A program made the translations under genes and the position numbers. A model generated the notes under the pieces. It did no database searches. It was not told the DNA's origin and saw only the letters and a list, made by a program, of their open reading frames with translations. A DNA stretch of 64,000 bases, taken from the NCBI GenBank assembly GCA_965205505.1, contig CBDBHB010000006.1:320001-384000 (forward strand). The letters are read 5' to 3'. Source of the stretch: Acidobacteriota bacterium. GTDB lineage: Bacteria; Acidobacteriota; UBA890; WLXD01. Below are positions 20,059-30,193 of this stretch, in pieces; the stretch's first letter is position 1, and each line of letters starts with the position of its first letter.

Positions 20059-22002
20059 GTGCCTGGAAAGAAGGCAAGCTGGTCCCTGATCGTAATCGCC
20101 GCGCTCGCCATCGCGTTGGCCACTCCCGGCGGCGCCGCGGGATGGTCGGCTGCCCCGGCTTCCGGACAGGAGGGTCACGAACGCGGCTACGACGTGCGCA
20201 AGGACCGCAGCAACATGGTGCCGATGCGCGACGGTGCGCTCCTGTCGACCGACATCTACTTTCCGGACGGCGCCGAGGGGCCGCTTTCCACGATCCTGAT
20301 CCGCACTCCCTACAACAAGGAGAACACCTACCCTTATCGCCGCACTCGGTCGGCCGATGATCCCGGCTGGATCCCGACGTTCGTTTCCGAGGGATACGTC
20401 GTCGTGGTGCAGGACATCCGCGGCCGCTTCGAGTCGGAGGGTCGATACCGGGTGCGCTACTCGGACCGCGACGACGGCTACGACACGGTCGAGTGGCTGA
20501 TCAACCAGCCGTGGTCGGACCAGAAGGTCGCCACCTTCGGTTGCTCATATCTGGGCGAGACGCAGCTGGCGCTCTCGGCTGCCAAGCATCCGAACCACAT
20601 CGCGGCAATGCCGCAGGCGCCGTCGGCCGCGTACTACGCTCCGGGGCGCCCGTGGTCGTCGTTCGACGGGGGCGTGTTCGAGCTCGCCCAGACCGCCGGC
20701 TGGTTCCTCAACAGCGGCACGACGGTGTTCATGCAGCCACCTGACCACGTCGATCGCGAGGAGTGGTTCAAGGGCGATATGGCGCGCAAGTTCATGGTCT
20801 ATCCGGACGCCGGTCGCGAGAATGCCTTCCAGGCGTACCAGCATCTGCCGATCGTCGACATCGTCAAGAACCGGCGCATGACCCACACGGACTACGAGGA
20901 ATACGCCTCCAACCCGCCGGAGTCGGACTACTTCTACGACAACGACTTCGTACGCTCCAACGACACCTTCGACGTGCCGGCGCTCTACATCGACTCCTGG
21001 TACGACTTCGGCGTCGACGACACGCTGACGATGTTCAACCAGATGCGCGACAAGGCGGTGAGCGAGCGGGCGCGCAGAAACCAGTTCGTTATCGTTGCCC
21101 CCTCGACCCACTGCGGCTGGGAGCGCGCCACGGAGAACACCATCGTCGGCGAGCGTGAGTTGGGCGATGCGCGCAAGGACTTCCAGGACATCTACATGCG
21201 TTGGATGGCCCACTGGCTCAAGGGCGACGACAACGGCATCACCGACATGCCGCGGGTGCAATACTACCTGATGGGCGCCAACGAGTGGCGCAGCGACGAC
21301 TACTGGCCGCCTTCGGGCACGACGAGCGAGAAGATCTACCTGCAGTCGGGGGGTCGCGCCAACAGCCGCTTCGGCGACGGCACGCTGTCGTGGTCAGTGC
21401 CCTCCGGCGATCAGCCGGCCGATCGCTTCACCTACGATCCGGCGACGCCCGTCCCCACCCGGGGCGGCAACACCTGCTGCACCGGGTTTCCCGAGGGCTC
21501 CGGCGGCTACGATCAGTCGACCAACGAGATGCGTGCCGACATCTTGGTCTACACCTCCGAGCCGCTCGAGGAGGGCATCGAGGTCACCGGTGATCTCGGC
21601 GCGGTGCTGTACGTAGGCTCCGATGCGAAGGACACCGACTTCACACTGAAGCTGGTAGACGTGTATCCGGATGGTCGTGCCTTCAACATCCAGGAGGGCG
21701 CGCGGCGGATGCGCTACCGCGACAATCTTTCCGTCCCGGTGTGGATGGAAGCGGGCGAGGTGTACGAGATTCAGCTGGACCTGCATGCCGCGTCCAACTA
21801 TTTCGCCAAGGGCCACCGCATCCGTGTCGAGGTATCGAGCTCCAATTTTCCGCGCTGGAGCCGCAACCTGAACACCGGTGGCAACAACTACGACGAGACC
21901 GAATGGGTGGTAGCAAACCAGATCGTGCACCACTCCGCCGAATACCCGTCGCATGTGATCTTGCCGATCGTGAAGTCGGGAACGGTGGCCGACGACGAGT
22001 AG
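20059..22002 (+). CDS. CocE/NonD family serine hydrolase (secreted), paralog 1
   Basis: RBS GGAGG before a GTG start, signal peptide, VPMRDG..LSTDIY, IRTPY, QDIRGR, nucleophile motif GCSYLG, and SSSNFPR. Confidence 0.9.
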   Translation: MPGKKASWSLIVIAALAIALATPGGAAGWSAAPASGQEGHERGYDVRKDRSNMVPMRDGALLSTDIYFPDGAEGPLSTILIRTPYNKENTYPYRRTRSADDPGWIPTFVSEGYVVVVQDIRGRFESEGRYRVRYSDRDDGYDTVEWLINQPWSDQKVATFGCSYLGETQLALSAAKHPNHIAAMPQAPSAAYYAPGRPWSSFDGGVFELAQTAGWFLNSGTTVFMQPPDHVDREEWFKGDMARKFMVYPDAGRENAFQAYQHLPIVDIVKNRRMTHTDYEEYASNPPESDYFYDNDFVRSNDTFDVPALYIDSWYDFGVDDTLTMFNQMRDKAVSERARRNQFVIVAPSTHCGWERATENTIVGERELGDARKDFQDIYMRWMAHWLKGDDNGITDMPRVQYYLMGANEWRSDDYWPPSGTTSEKIYLQSGGRANSRFGDGTLSWSVPSGDQPADRFTYDPATPVPTRGGNTCCTGFPEGSGGYDQSTNEMRADILVYTSEPLEEGIEVTGDLGAVLYVGSDAKDTDFTLKLVDVYPDGRAFNIQEGARRMRYRDNLSVPVWMEAGEVYEIQLDLHAASNYFAKGHRIRVEVSSSNFPRWSRNLNTGGNNYDETEWVVANQIVHHSAEYPSHVILPIVKSGTVADDE

Positions 22003-22184
22003 CCGGAGGGTGCGACAATTCGCCTGACAGCCGGCCGCGCAATCGCTTGGCGCCGACGGCGCGGTAGCCGTGACCCCTACGAGTCTCGCGGTCCGTCGCG
22101 GACCCTCCATCCGCGCGGCCGAACGTGATACAGATTCGCCAGCTGAACTTCACTTCTCGTTACGCGTCGACTCCGGAGGCACCC

Positions 22185-24098
22185 GTGCCTGGAAAGAGAG
22201 CAAGCTGGTCCCTGATCGCGATCGCAGCGCTGGTCACTGCAATTCTGGTATCCGGCGGTGCCGCGAGCCAGGCTTCCCAGGACGGCTACGAGGTACGCCG
22301 CGACCGCAGCAACATGGTGCCGATGCGGGACGGCGTGCGGCTGTCGACCGATCTGTACTTCCCCGAAGGCACCGAGGGGCCCCACTCCACCGTCCTCATC
22401 CGGACGCCCTACAACAAGGAGAACAGTGGCCGCGGCACCACCGTTTCGATGTTCGTCGACAAGGGCTACGTGGTGGCGGTGCAGGACATCCGTGGCCGCT
22501 ACGAGTCTGAAGGCAACTACCGGTTGCGCTATTCCGACCGCGAGGACGGCTACGACACAGTGGAGTGGATGATCAACCAGTCGTGGTCCAACCAGAAGGT
22601 GGCCAGCTTCGGCTGCTCGTACCTAGGCGAGACGCAGCTGGCGCTGGCGGCTTCCAAGCACCCCAATCACATCGCGGCGATGCCCGCGGCGCCCTCGTCG
22701 GCCTACTACCCACCGGGGCGGCCCTGGGCGTCCTACGACGGCGGCGTGTTCGAGCTGGCGCAGACGGCCGGCTGGTTCATGGGCGCCGGTAGCAAAGTGT
22801 TCCTGCAGCCACCGGATTGGGTCGACCGCGAGGAGTGGTTCAAGGGCGAGATGGCGCGCAAGTTCGAGAACTACGCCGACCCTCGTCGTGGCACCGAGGG
22901 TGGCGGCCGCCGAAGCCGCGTCGGCGCCTTCGACGCTCTACCGGTGATCGACCTCGTCAAGAACACCGGCATGACGCACACCGACTACGAGGAATACCTC
23001 ACCAATCCGCCGGAGTCTGATTACTTCTACGACAACGACTTCATCCGCTCCGACGACACCTTCGACGTGCCGGCGCTGTACATCGACTCCTGGTACGACT
23101 TCGGCGTCGACGAGACGCTGACGATGTTCAACCAGATGCGCGACAACGCGGTCAGCGAGCACGCCCGCAGCAACCAGTTCGTCATCGTCGCCCCGTCGAC
23201 CCATTGCGGTTGGACGCGCGCCACCGAGAACACCATCATCGGCGAGCGTGAGCTCGGCGACGCGCGCAAGGACTTCCTCGACATCTACATGCGCTGGATG
23301 TCGCACTGGCTCGACGGCGAGGACAACGGCATCACCGACATGCCGCGGGTGCAGTACTACCTGATGGGCGCCAACGAGTGGCGCGAGTCGGAGGTATGGC
23401 CGCCGGAGGGCACCACCGACACGAAGCTTTACCTGAACTCCGGCGGCCGCGCCAACAGCCGCTTCGGCGACGGCACGCTGTCGTGGAGCGCCCCGAGCGG
23501 CGATCAACCGGCCGATCGCTACACCTACGATCCAGGTACTCCGGTGCCGACGCGCGGCGGCAACACCTGCTGCACGGGTCTGCCTGACGGCTCAGGTAGC
23601 TATGACCAGTCGAACAACGAGATGCGCGCCGACGTCCTCGTCTATACGTCCGAGCCGCTGGAGGAAGGCATCGAGATGAGCGGCGACATCAGCGCGGTGC
23701 TCTACGTCGGCTCCGACGCGAAGGACACCGACTTCATGCTCAAGCTCGTCGACGTCTACCCAGATGGACGCGCCTTCAACATCCAGGAAGGCGCGCGCCG
23801 CGTGCGCTACCGCGACAACGACTCGGTACCCGTTTGGATGGAGGAAGGCGAGGTCTACGAGATCCGACTCGACCTGCACTCGTCGTCCAACTACTTCGGC
23901 AAGGGGCACCGGATCCGCGTCGACGTGACGAGCAGCGACTTCCCGCGCTTCGACCGCAACCTCAACACCGGCGGCAACAACTACGACGAGACCGAGTGGG
24001 TGGTGGCCCAGCAGATCGTGGAGCACTCGGCGCAGTACCCGTCGCACGTGATCCTGCCGATCGTGAAGTCGGGTGCGGTCGCCGACGACGAGGAGTAG
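22185..24098 (+). CDS. CocE/NonD family serine hydrolase (secreted), paralog 2
   Basis: Same motifs as paralog 1 (GCSYLG, TRGGNTCC, NLNTGG) with long identical stretches. Confidence 0.9.
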   Translation: MPGKRASWSLIAIAALVTAILVSGGAASQASQDGYEVRRDRSNMVPMRDGVRLSTDLYFPEGTEGPHSTVLIRTPYNKENSGRGTTVSMFVDKGYVVAVQDIRGRYESEGNYRLRYSDREDGYDTVEWMINQSWSNQKVASFGCSYLGETQLALAASKHPNHIAAMPAAPSSAYYPPGRPWASYDGGVFELAQTAGWFMGAGSKVFLQPPDWVDREEWFKGEMARKFENYADPRRGTEGGGRRSRVGAFDALPVIDLVKNTGMTHTDYEEYLTNPPESDYFYDNDFIRSDDTFDVPALYIDSWYDFGVDETLTMFNQMRDNAVSEHARSNQFVIVAPSTHCGWTRATENTIIGERELGDARKDFLDIYMRWMSHWLDGEDNGITDMPRVQYYLMGANEWRESEVWPPEGTTDTKLYLNSGGRANSRFGDGTLSWSAPSGDQPADRYTYDPGTPVPTRGGNTCCTGLPDGSGSYDQSNNEMRADVLVYTSEPLEEGIEMSGDISAVLYVGSDAKDTDFMLKLVDVYPDGRAFNIQEGARRVRYRDNDSVPVWMEEGEVYEIRLDLHSSSNYFGKGHRIRVDVTSSDFPRFDRNLNTGGNNYDETEWVVAQQIVEHSAQYPSHVILPIVKSGAVADDEE

Positions 24099-24108
24099 GC
24101 GAACGCCG

Positions 24109-26418
24109 TCAGCCCGTCGTGAGCATTCCGGCCGCGATGCCGGTGACGGTTTCGCGGAAGAGGCTTTGCTCAGCGCGGCTCCAGCGCGGCTTCGAGAGCA
24201 GCTCGATCTGCAGCAAGTTGAGCGGGTGGATCATCGGCGCCCGGTAGTGGATCGATTCCTCGAGCCAAGGTCGATCGGGCAGCAGGGTGCCTTCGGAGGT
24301 GGCTGAGCAGGCGAGCTCGACGGCGGCGGCATAGCTGCCATCGAGCTTGCGCGCCAGCTTGCGTACCGCCCGCGGCGCCAGCGCCCGGCGATAGGCGAGC
24401 CAGAGCTCGGGCTCGGTCTTGGCGAGGGTGAACGACAGCAGGCGCAGGTAGCTGCGCAGCAGCGGGTCGCGGCGCCGCGCCGAGGTCAGGCGCTTGACGG
24501 CGTCGCGCGATTCGGCCAGCCGGCTCCACGCTTCGCCGATTCCGAGCCAGGCGTGGAGCAGAAGCCGCGTCTGAGTCCAGCACAGCACCCACGGAATGGC
24601 GCGCAGCTTCTCGAGACCCGCCTTCTCGGCGGCGCCTGCGCGCCGCGTGGGACGTGAGCCGATCGTCAGCGCTTGGAGCCGCGCGTAGGGCGTCGCGTCG
24701 CGGAGCAGGTCGTGGAACGTCTCGGAGCCGACGAGCTCGGCGAAGACGCGCTCCGAGCTTTCCGCCAGCTCGGCGGCGAGCTTGCCGACGCCGCGATAGG
24801 CGGGCGGGTCGGTCTGGATCGAAGCCACCTTGTGCACGAGACTGCGGAGAATTTCCGGTGTCGCCAGGGTGCGCTCGATCATCTCCCCCTGGAGCGTGTG
24901 CTTGTACAGCGAAAGCGCGGCGGGCGGCCAGGTCGCCGCCAGGTCGTCGATCGTGCCCCCGCCCCGCCCGACGCTGCCGCCGGAGCCATGGAAGAAAACC
25001 ATCCGCACGTCCTGCCGCTCGGCCCAGGCCCCCAGCTCGCGCATTGCTCGATGGACCCCGACTCGGCTGGCCAGCATGCCCATGCGCTTGGCCGTGTCGG
25101 AGTAGCCAAGCATCACCTCGACCTGGCCCCGCCGACGTGCGCAGGAGCGGAACTCGCGATCCGTCCAGGCATCGCTGAGAATCCCGCGAGCCCGCGCGAT
25201 CACCTCGGGCAACTCGAAGAGCGGGATCACCGGGATGAGCGGCCGGCCAAGCATCCGCGTCACGAGGCGCTGCGCCTGAATCAGGTCAGATCCCTCGGAC
25301 GTCATGCTCACCACGCAGCCGCGCGCGTACCAGTCGACCTGCCCGCCGTCGGCGATTCGACCCAGAGTGCGCAGCATGGCGGCGATCGGGGTGCCGCGCT
25401 CGAACCGGCCGCGCTCCTCGCGCAGCTCCAGCGGCACGACGAGCGCGGGGAAGACGTCGAGCAGCGTGGCCAGGCTCGTCACCTGCGGCTGCTCGGCCGA
25501 CAGACGGCGCCGGTAGGCCGACTGGAAGCGCTGGACGCTTCGCTGGAGCTTCAGGATGCGGCCGCCGTCGCCGGCCCTCACCCTGCGGACCGCTGCGAGC
25601 GCCTCTTCGAGGCCCGCCTGCGCCCGATCGACCGGCAGGCTGCCGAGCAACGCGGCGTCCTCGCGAACCGCCGCCATCAGGCCGGTCTCCACGAACTCGA
25701 GAAATCGCTGCCGAGCGAGCTGCAGCGACGCCCGGCTCTGGGCTGCTCCCACGCCCGGATGCCCGTCCTTGTCGCCCCCGACCCAGGTGCGCAGCAGCAA
25801 CCGGTGGCCCGAGGCGTTGAGCGCGACGATCTCGTCGAGGATCGGGTCGGTGAGTAGCGAGTACAGGTGCGCCGCCTCGTCCTCGACCGTCGGCTTGTGC
25901 GGCGGGTGCGTGCCGACGCGCCAGGCGAGCTGGAGAAGGTTGCCGAGCTGCGATCGGTCGATGGGTCGACCCGCCTCCAGCGATTCCACCAGCAGATCCT
26001 GGACGCGGCGCAGCAGCCGGATGTTCTCCGGCGAGCGCGACTCGGTGGGATGCGCCGTCAGCACGAAGGTCATGCACGCCCGCGCCTCCGACGGCGCGCG
26101 GCGGCGTTCGCGCAGCCGATGGGTCCGGAAGGCGTTCTCGCACACGTTCACCAGCTCCAGGTAAAGGGTGTAGGCGCGAGCCACCAGCAGCTGGCGTTTT
26201 ACCGGGAGGGCGACAAGCCGTCGCCTGCCGCGCGCGAGCGCACCGGCACGCCCGCGTCGACTCGAAGCTTCGCGGAACGCGACCATGTCGCGCCGCACCC
26301 GCTCGATGATCTCGTAGAGCTCGGCGCCCTCGGCCACGGCCACGACCTCGCCGAGGATCGCCTGGACATCGCCCACCAGCGTTCGCAGCGCCGGCGGCAG
26401 ATATTGCGGTTCTTTCAT
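24109..26418 (-). CDS. ppc: Phosphoenolpyruvate carboxylase (short, divergent type)
   Basis: VLTAHPTE, WVGGDKDGHP, VMLGYSDTAK, FHGSGGSVGRGGG, QGEMI, IGSRP, LRAIPW and GIAAGMLTTG. An alternative TTG start lies at 26433. Confidence 0.9.
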   Translation of the reverse strand: MKEPQYLPPALRTLVGDVQAILGEVVAVAEGAELYEIIERVRRDMVAFREASSRRGRAGALARGRRRLVALPVKRQLLVARAYTLYLELVNVCENAFRTHRLRERRRAPSEARACMTFVLTAHPTESRSPENIRLLRRVQDLLVESLEAGRPIDRSQLGNLLQLAWRVGTHPPHKPTVEDEAAHLYSLLTDPILDEIVALNASGHRLLLRTWVGGDKDGHPGVGAAQSRASLQLARQRFLEFVETGLMAAVREDAALLGSLPVDRAQAGLEEALAAVRRVRAGDGGRILKLQRSVQRFQSAYRRRLSAEQPQVTSLATLLDVFPALVVPLELREERGRFERGTPIAAMLRTLGRIADGGQVDWYARGCVVSMTSEGSDLIQAQRLVTRMLGRPLIPVIPLFELPEVIARARGILSDAWTDREFRSCARRRGQVEVMLGYSDTAKRMGMLASRVGVHRAMRELGAWAERQDVRMVFFHGSGGSVGRGGGTIDDLAATWPPAALSLYKHTLQGEMIERTLATPEILRSLVHKVASIQTDPPAYRGVGKLAAELAESSERVFAELVGSETFHDLLRDATPYARLQALTIGSRPTRRAGAAEKAGLEKLRAIPWVLCWTQTRLLLHAWLGIGEAWSRLAESRDAVKRLTSARRRDPLLRSYLRLLSFTLAKTEPELWLAYRRALAPRAVRKLARKLDGSYAAAVELACSATSEGTLLPDRPWLEESIHYRAPMIHPLNLLQIELLSKPRWSRAEQSLFRETVTGIAAGMLTTG

Positions 26419-26561
26419 TCGGTTACTGGCCAATGCCTCCCCCCGTTCCGCGGCTCGACTTGATCATAAGAGGCTGGCCGACGGTGTGGAGAATCGAAGT
26501 CAGTTGACGTAGGTCGGCGCCGCGATAGTTGCCGGGCGTCGTTTCGGCAGGCGCTCTCCGC

Positions 26562-27488
26562 TCAGACAGGATCGCGCCGCAACGGCTGCGCCATGCAGTG
26601 CACGCCACCACCGCCCTTGGCGAACATCGACACGTCGGGGTCGTAGACCTCGAATCCCATGGCGCGCAGGCGCGCGTTCAGGTCGGTGCTTTCGGCGGTA
26701 GAGAGGATGCGATCGTTGCCCAGCGACATGACGTTGCAGCCGAGCGTCATGGTGTCCTGAAAGCTCACCGGCACGATCTCGATGCCCTTGGCCTCGAGCC
26801 AGTTGACGATCGACGGTTCGGTGGTCTCCAGGCACACGGCGCAGGCCTTCTCGGCGAGCATGCAGACCATCAGGTCGATGTGCACGTAGAACGGGTCGAT
26901 CGGGGCGTAGCGAACCTCCCAGCCCTCGGCCTCCATCCAGCCGCCGATCTGTTTTGCGGCGACCTCCTCGCAGCGAAATCCGGTATAGCCGATGAGCACG
27001 CAGTCGGGGCCGATGATGTTGAAGTCGCCGCCCTCGAAATTGCCCGCCGACACCAGGTCGTAGAGCGGGATCCCAGCGCTGGCATAGAACCGCAGGACCG
27101 AGGCGTACTCACCGCGCCTTCGCGGGTTGGCGAGCTGGCAGACGACGGCGCCGTAGGGCGTCATGAAGCTGGAGTCGCGCGCGTATACCTGGTACGGGGT
27201 GGACTCGTCGACCTCGAGCAGGTGCACGGTCACTCCCGCGGATCGATACGCATCCACCATCTCGACGTGCTGCCGCGTCGCCAGCTCGTGGTCGAATTTC
27301 TCGCCTGACTCCAGCGTGGCGCGCGAGATCGAGCTGAACTGAGCGTTGTCCGCCATCCAGTAGAAGCTGTCCGGCGGCCCCAGCAGCACGTCGCGCAGAG
27401 CGCCGTGCTCGGAGCTGATACCCCAGTCGTCGAGGGCCGGCGTGTTGCCGCCCGGGTGTCGTGTTCTGAAAGATGTGTCGCTCATCAT
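26562..27488 (-). CDS. Amidinotransferase/arginine deiminase (pentein, DDAH-like) family protein
   Basis: SEHGALRDVLL, YARD, FEGGD, HIDL and GGGGVHCM (catalytic Cys). Confidence 0.88.
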   Translation of the reverse strand: MMSDTSFRTRHPGGNTPALDDWGISSEHGALRDVLLGPPDSFYWMADNAQFSSISRATLESGEKFDHELATRQHVEMVDAYRSAGVTVHLLEVDESTPYQVYARDSSFMTPYGAVVCQLANPRRRGEYASVLRFYASAGIPLYDLVSAGNFEGGDFNIIGPDCVLIGYTGFRCEEVAAKQIGGWMEAEGWEVRYAPIDPFYVHIDLMVCMLAEKACAVCLETTEPSIVNWLEAKGIEIVPVSFQDTMTLGCNVMSLGNDRILSTAESTDLNARLRAMGFEVYDPDVSMFAKGGGGVHCMAQPLRRDPV

Positions 27489-27686
27489 TTGCTCGCGATC
27501 GGATCGGAGCTCGATCTGGAAGCGCCATGCGCCTCCCGGGAATTCTGGCTCTAGGCGCTCCGTATACTCGCACGGTTCGCGTCGGCGGTGGGGGGCCGGT
27601 ACCATCCGCGCACCGTGGAATCTCCCCCCGTGCGCGCGAGAGGATGACGGACAACGTCCATCAAAGGCTGAAGGAAGCGTGACGCC

Positions 27687-28859
27687 ATGGAATTCCAGCT
27701 ATCCGATGAGCAGGAGATGGTCGTCGAGACCGTCCGCGCCTTCGTCGAAAAAGAGCTCGTTCCGCACGAGGAGGAAGTCGAACGCACCTGCGAGCTATCG
27801 GACGAGCTGCGCCAGCAAATACGAAAGGCGGCGATGGACGCCGGGCTTTGGGCCGCCAACATGCCCGAGGAGTTGGGCGGCGGTGGACTCGATACCGTGA
27901 CCCACATGCTCCTGGAGCGGGAGCTCGGTCGCACCAACCTGGCGCTGCACTGGGAAGTCTACCGACCAAGCAACATCCTACAGGGCGGCACGCCCGAGCA
28001 GATCGAGGAATACCTCATGCCGTGCATTCGCGGCGAGCGCTTCGACTGCGTCTCGATGAGCGAGCCCGACGCCGGCTCCGATGTTCGCGGTATCACCACG
28101 CGTGCCGTCCAGGACGGCGATGACTGGGTGATCAACGGCTCCAAGCACTTCGCGTCCTATGCCGACGTGGCCGACTTCATCATCCTGTTCGTCTCCACCG
28201 GGGTCGACGAGACGCCGCGCGGCCCGAAGGCCCGCATTACGACGTTCTTGGTCGACAAGGGCACCCCGGGGTTCACCTGGCACCGCGGCTCCCAGGCCGT
28301 AGGGCTTCGCGGTTTCCACCACTGCGAGCTCTTCTTCGACGACTGCCGCGTTCCGGCCTCGAAGGTGCTCGGTGAGGAGGGCAAGGGATTCGATCTGGCC
28401 AATACCTGGCTGTCGGCGGCGCGCATCGGCACCTCGGCGAACTCCATTGGCAAAGCACGGCGTGCTCTGGAGATAGCCACCGAGTGGGCCGCCACGCGCA
28501 AGCAGTTCGGCCAATCCATTGGCCGCTTCCAGGGCGTGTCGTTCAAGCTCGCCGACATGGCCACCGAGCTCGAGGCGGCCGAGCTGCTGACGTTTCGAGC
28601 CGCTTGGAAGCACGACCAGGGAACGATGACCGAGCAGGACGCCGCCATGGCAAAGCTCTACACCAGCGAGATGCTCGGGCGTGTGACCGACGAGGCGTTG
28701 CAGATCTTCGGCGGCATGGGTTTGGTGTCGGAGCTGCCGCTGGAGCGCATGTGGCGCGACGCTCGCGTCGAGCGGATCTGGGAGGGGACCAGCGAGATCC
28801 AGCGCCATATCATCGGGCGCATGCTGTTGCGTCCGCACGAACAGCGGGCCGGATCGTAG
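27687..28859 (+). CDS. Acyl-CoA dehydrogenase family protein
   Basis: MSEPDAGSD, WVINGSKHF, RKQFG, LQIFGGMG and RIWEGTSEIQR. Confidence 0.93.
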   Translation: MEFQLSDEQEMVVETVRAFVEKELVPHEEEVERTCELSDELRQQIRKAAMDAGLWAANMPEELGGGGLDTVTHMLLERELGRTNLALHWEVYRPSNILQGGTPEQIEEYLMPCIRGERFDCVSMSEPDAGSDVRGITTRAVQDGDDWVINGSKHFASYADVADFIILFVSTGVDETPRGPKARITTFLVDKGTPGFTWHRGSQAVGLRGFHHCELFFDDCRVPASKVLGEEGKGFDLANTWLSAARIGTSANSIGKARRALEIATEWAATRKQFGQSIGRFQGVSFKLADMATELEAAELLTFRAAWKHDQGTMTEQDAAMAKLYTSEMLGRVTDEALQIFGGMGLVSELPLERMWRDARVERIWEGTSEIQRHIIGRMLLRPHEQRAGS

Positions 28860-28922
28860 TCGCGTGTTCTCGGTTCTGGCGATCTCGGCGCTGCTGCCGC
28901 TGCAATCGGGTCCGGGGTCGCC

Positions 28923-30170
28923 TTGAGCGTGGCGGACGACCTGCGCGTCGACGGTGGGCGCCTGCTGTCGAGCCTGATGGAGATGGCGTCGATCGGAGCC
29001 ACCCCGAAGGGCGGCGTCGACCGTCAGGCGCTGACGGACGGCGACCGAGAAGCGCGAGATTTGTTTGCCCGCTGGTGCGCAGATGCCGGCTGCAGCTTGA
29101 CCGTGGACGCGATGGGAAACATGTTCGCCCGTCGTCCAGGCGCCGACGACACCCTGCCGCCGGTGGCCATGGCCAGCCATCTCGACAGCCAGCCAACCGG
29201 TGGAAAGTACGACGGCGCCTACGGCGTGCTCGCTGGCCTGGAGGCAGTACGCACGCTCAACGACGACGGCGTGCAGACCGAGGCGGCGCTCGAGGTGATC
29301 AACTGGACCAACGAGGAAGGCGCCCGCTTTCCTCCAGCGATGATCTCATCGGGAGCGTTCGCCGGCGTGTTCGACCTCGAATATGCCTGGAGCCGCGCCG
29401 ATCACCAAGGGTTGACCATCGGCCAGGAGCTGGATCGGATCGGCTACCGCGGCGACGAGACGGTCGGCGACCACCCCCTGGGGGCGTGTTTCGAGCTGCA
29501 CATCGAGCAGGGTCCGATTCTTGAGCGCGCTGCTACCCCGGTCGGCATCGTCACCGGCGTGCAGGGCATGCGCTGGTACGACGTCGCGCTGACCGGTGAC
29601 CAGGCGCACGCTGGGCCCACCCCGATGGAGATGCGTCGCGATGCGCTCGCCGGAGCCGCGTCGCTGCTATCGAAGATCTACGCGCTGGCAACCGATCGGG
29701 CGCCGTCGGGACGGGCAACGGTCGGCGAGCTGCACACCGGCAGGGGGTCGCGAAACACGGTTCCGGCGAGTGTGAAGTTCACCGTCGATATTCGACATCC
29801 CGAGGAAGCCGAGCTCGAGGCGATGGATGCAGGTCTCCGCGCGGCTGCCGCTGAAGTGGCCGCCGCTGCTCGGCTGGAGTATTCGATCGACCACATCTGG
29901 TCCGCCGCTCCGGTGGCGTTCGACTCCGGTTGTATCGCCGCGGTGCGCCAAGCTGCCGAGACCGTCGGCTGCGCGGCGATGGAGATCGTCAGCGGTGCCG
30001 GACACGATGCGGTTTACGTCTCCCGGGTCGCACCCACGAGCATGATCTTCGTGCCCTGTGAGGGCGGGATCAGCCACAACGAAGCCGAGCACGCCGAGCC
30101 TGACGATCTCGAGGCCGGCGCCAATGTCCTGCTGCACGCGGCGCTAGCTCGTGCTGGAATAGCAGGCTAG
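28923..30170 (+). CDS. M20 Zn-dependent N-carbamoyl-amino-acid amidohydrolase (beta-ureidopropionase/allantoate amidohydrolase-like)
   Basis: SHLDSQPTGGKYDG, WTNEEGARF, ELHIEQGP, HAGPTPM, SGAGHDA and GISHN. Confidence 0.92.
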   Translation: MSVADDLRVDGGRLLSSLMEMASIGATPKGGVDRQALTDGDREARDLFARWCADAGCSLTVDAMGNMFARRPGADDTLPPVAMASHLDSQPTGGKYDGAYGVLAGLEAVRTLNDDGVQTEAALEVINWTNEEGARFPPAMISSGAFAGVFDLEYAWSRADHQGLTIGQELDRIGYRGDETVGDHPLGACFELHIEQGPILERAATPVGIVTGVQGMRWYDVALTGDQAHAGPTPMEMRRDALAGAASLLSKIYALATDRAPSGRATVGELHTGRGSRNTVPASVKFTVDIRHPEEAELEAMDAGLRAAAAEVAAAARLEYSIDHIWSAAPVAFDSGCIAAVRQAAETVGCAAMEIVSGAGHDAVYVSRVAPTSMIFVPCEGGISHNEAEHAEPDDLEAGANVLLHAALARAGIAG

Positions 30171-30193
30171 TCCTACTGATCATGAGTACGGCA
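30167..30193. repeat. Degenerate solo copy of the element B terminal repeat
   Basis: CTAGTCCTACTGATCATGAGTACGG matches the TIR CTAGTGCTCCTGATCATAAGTACGG at 22/25 positions. It begins on the TAG stop of the amidohydrolase. Confidence 0.75.

Noticed and set aside
26460-26470. TGATCATAAG match to the inside of the element B TIR
   Set aside because: Only 10 bp with no CTAG end, which is compatible with chance.
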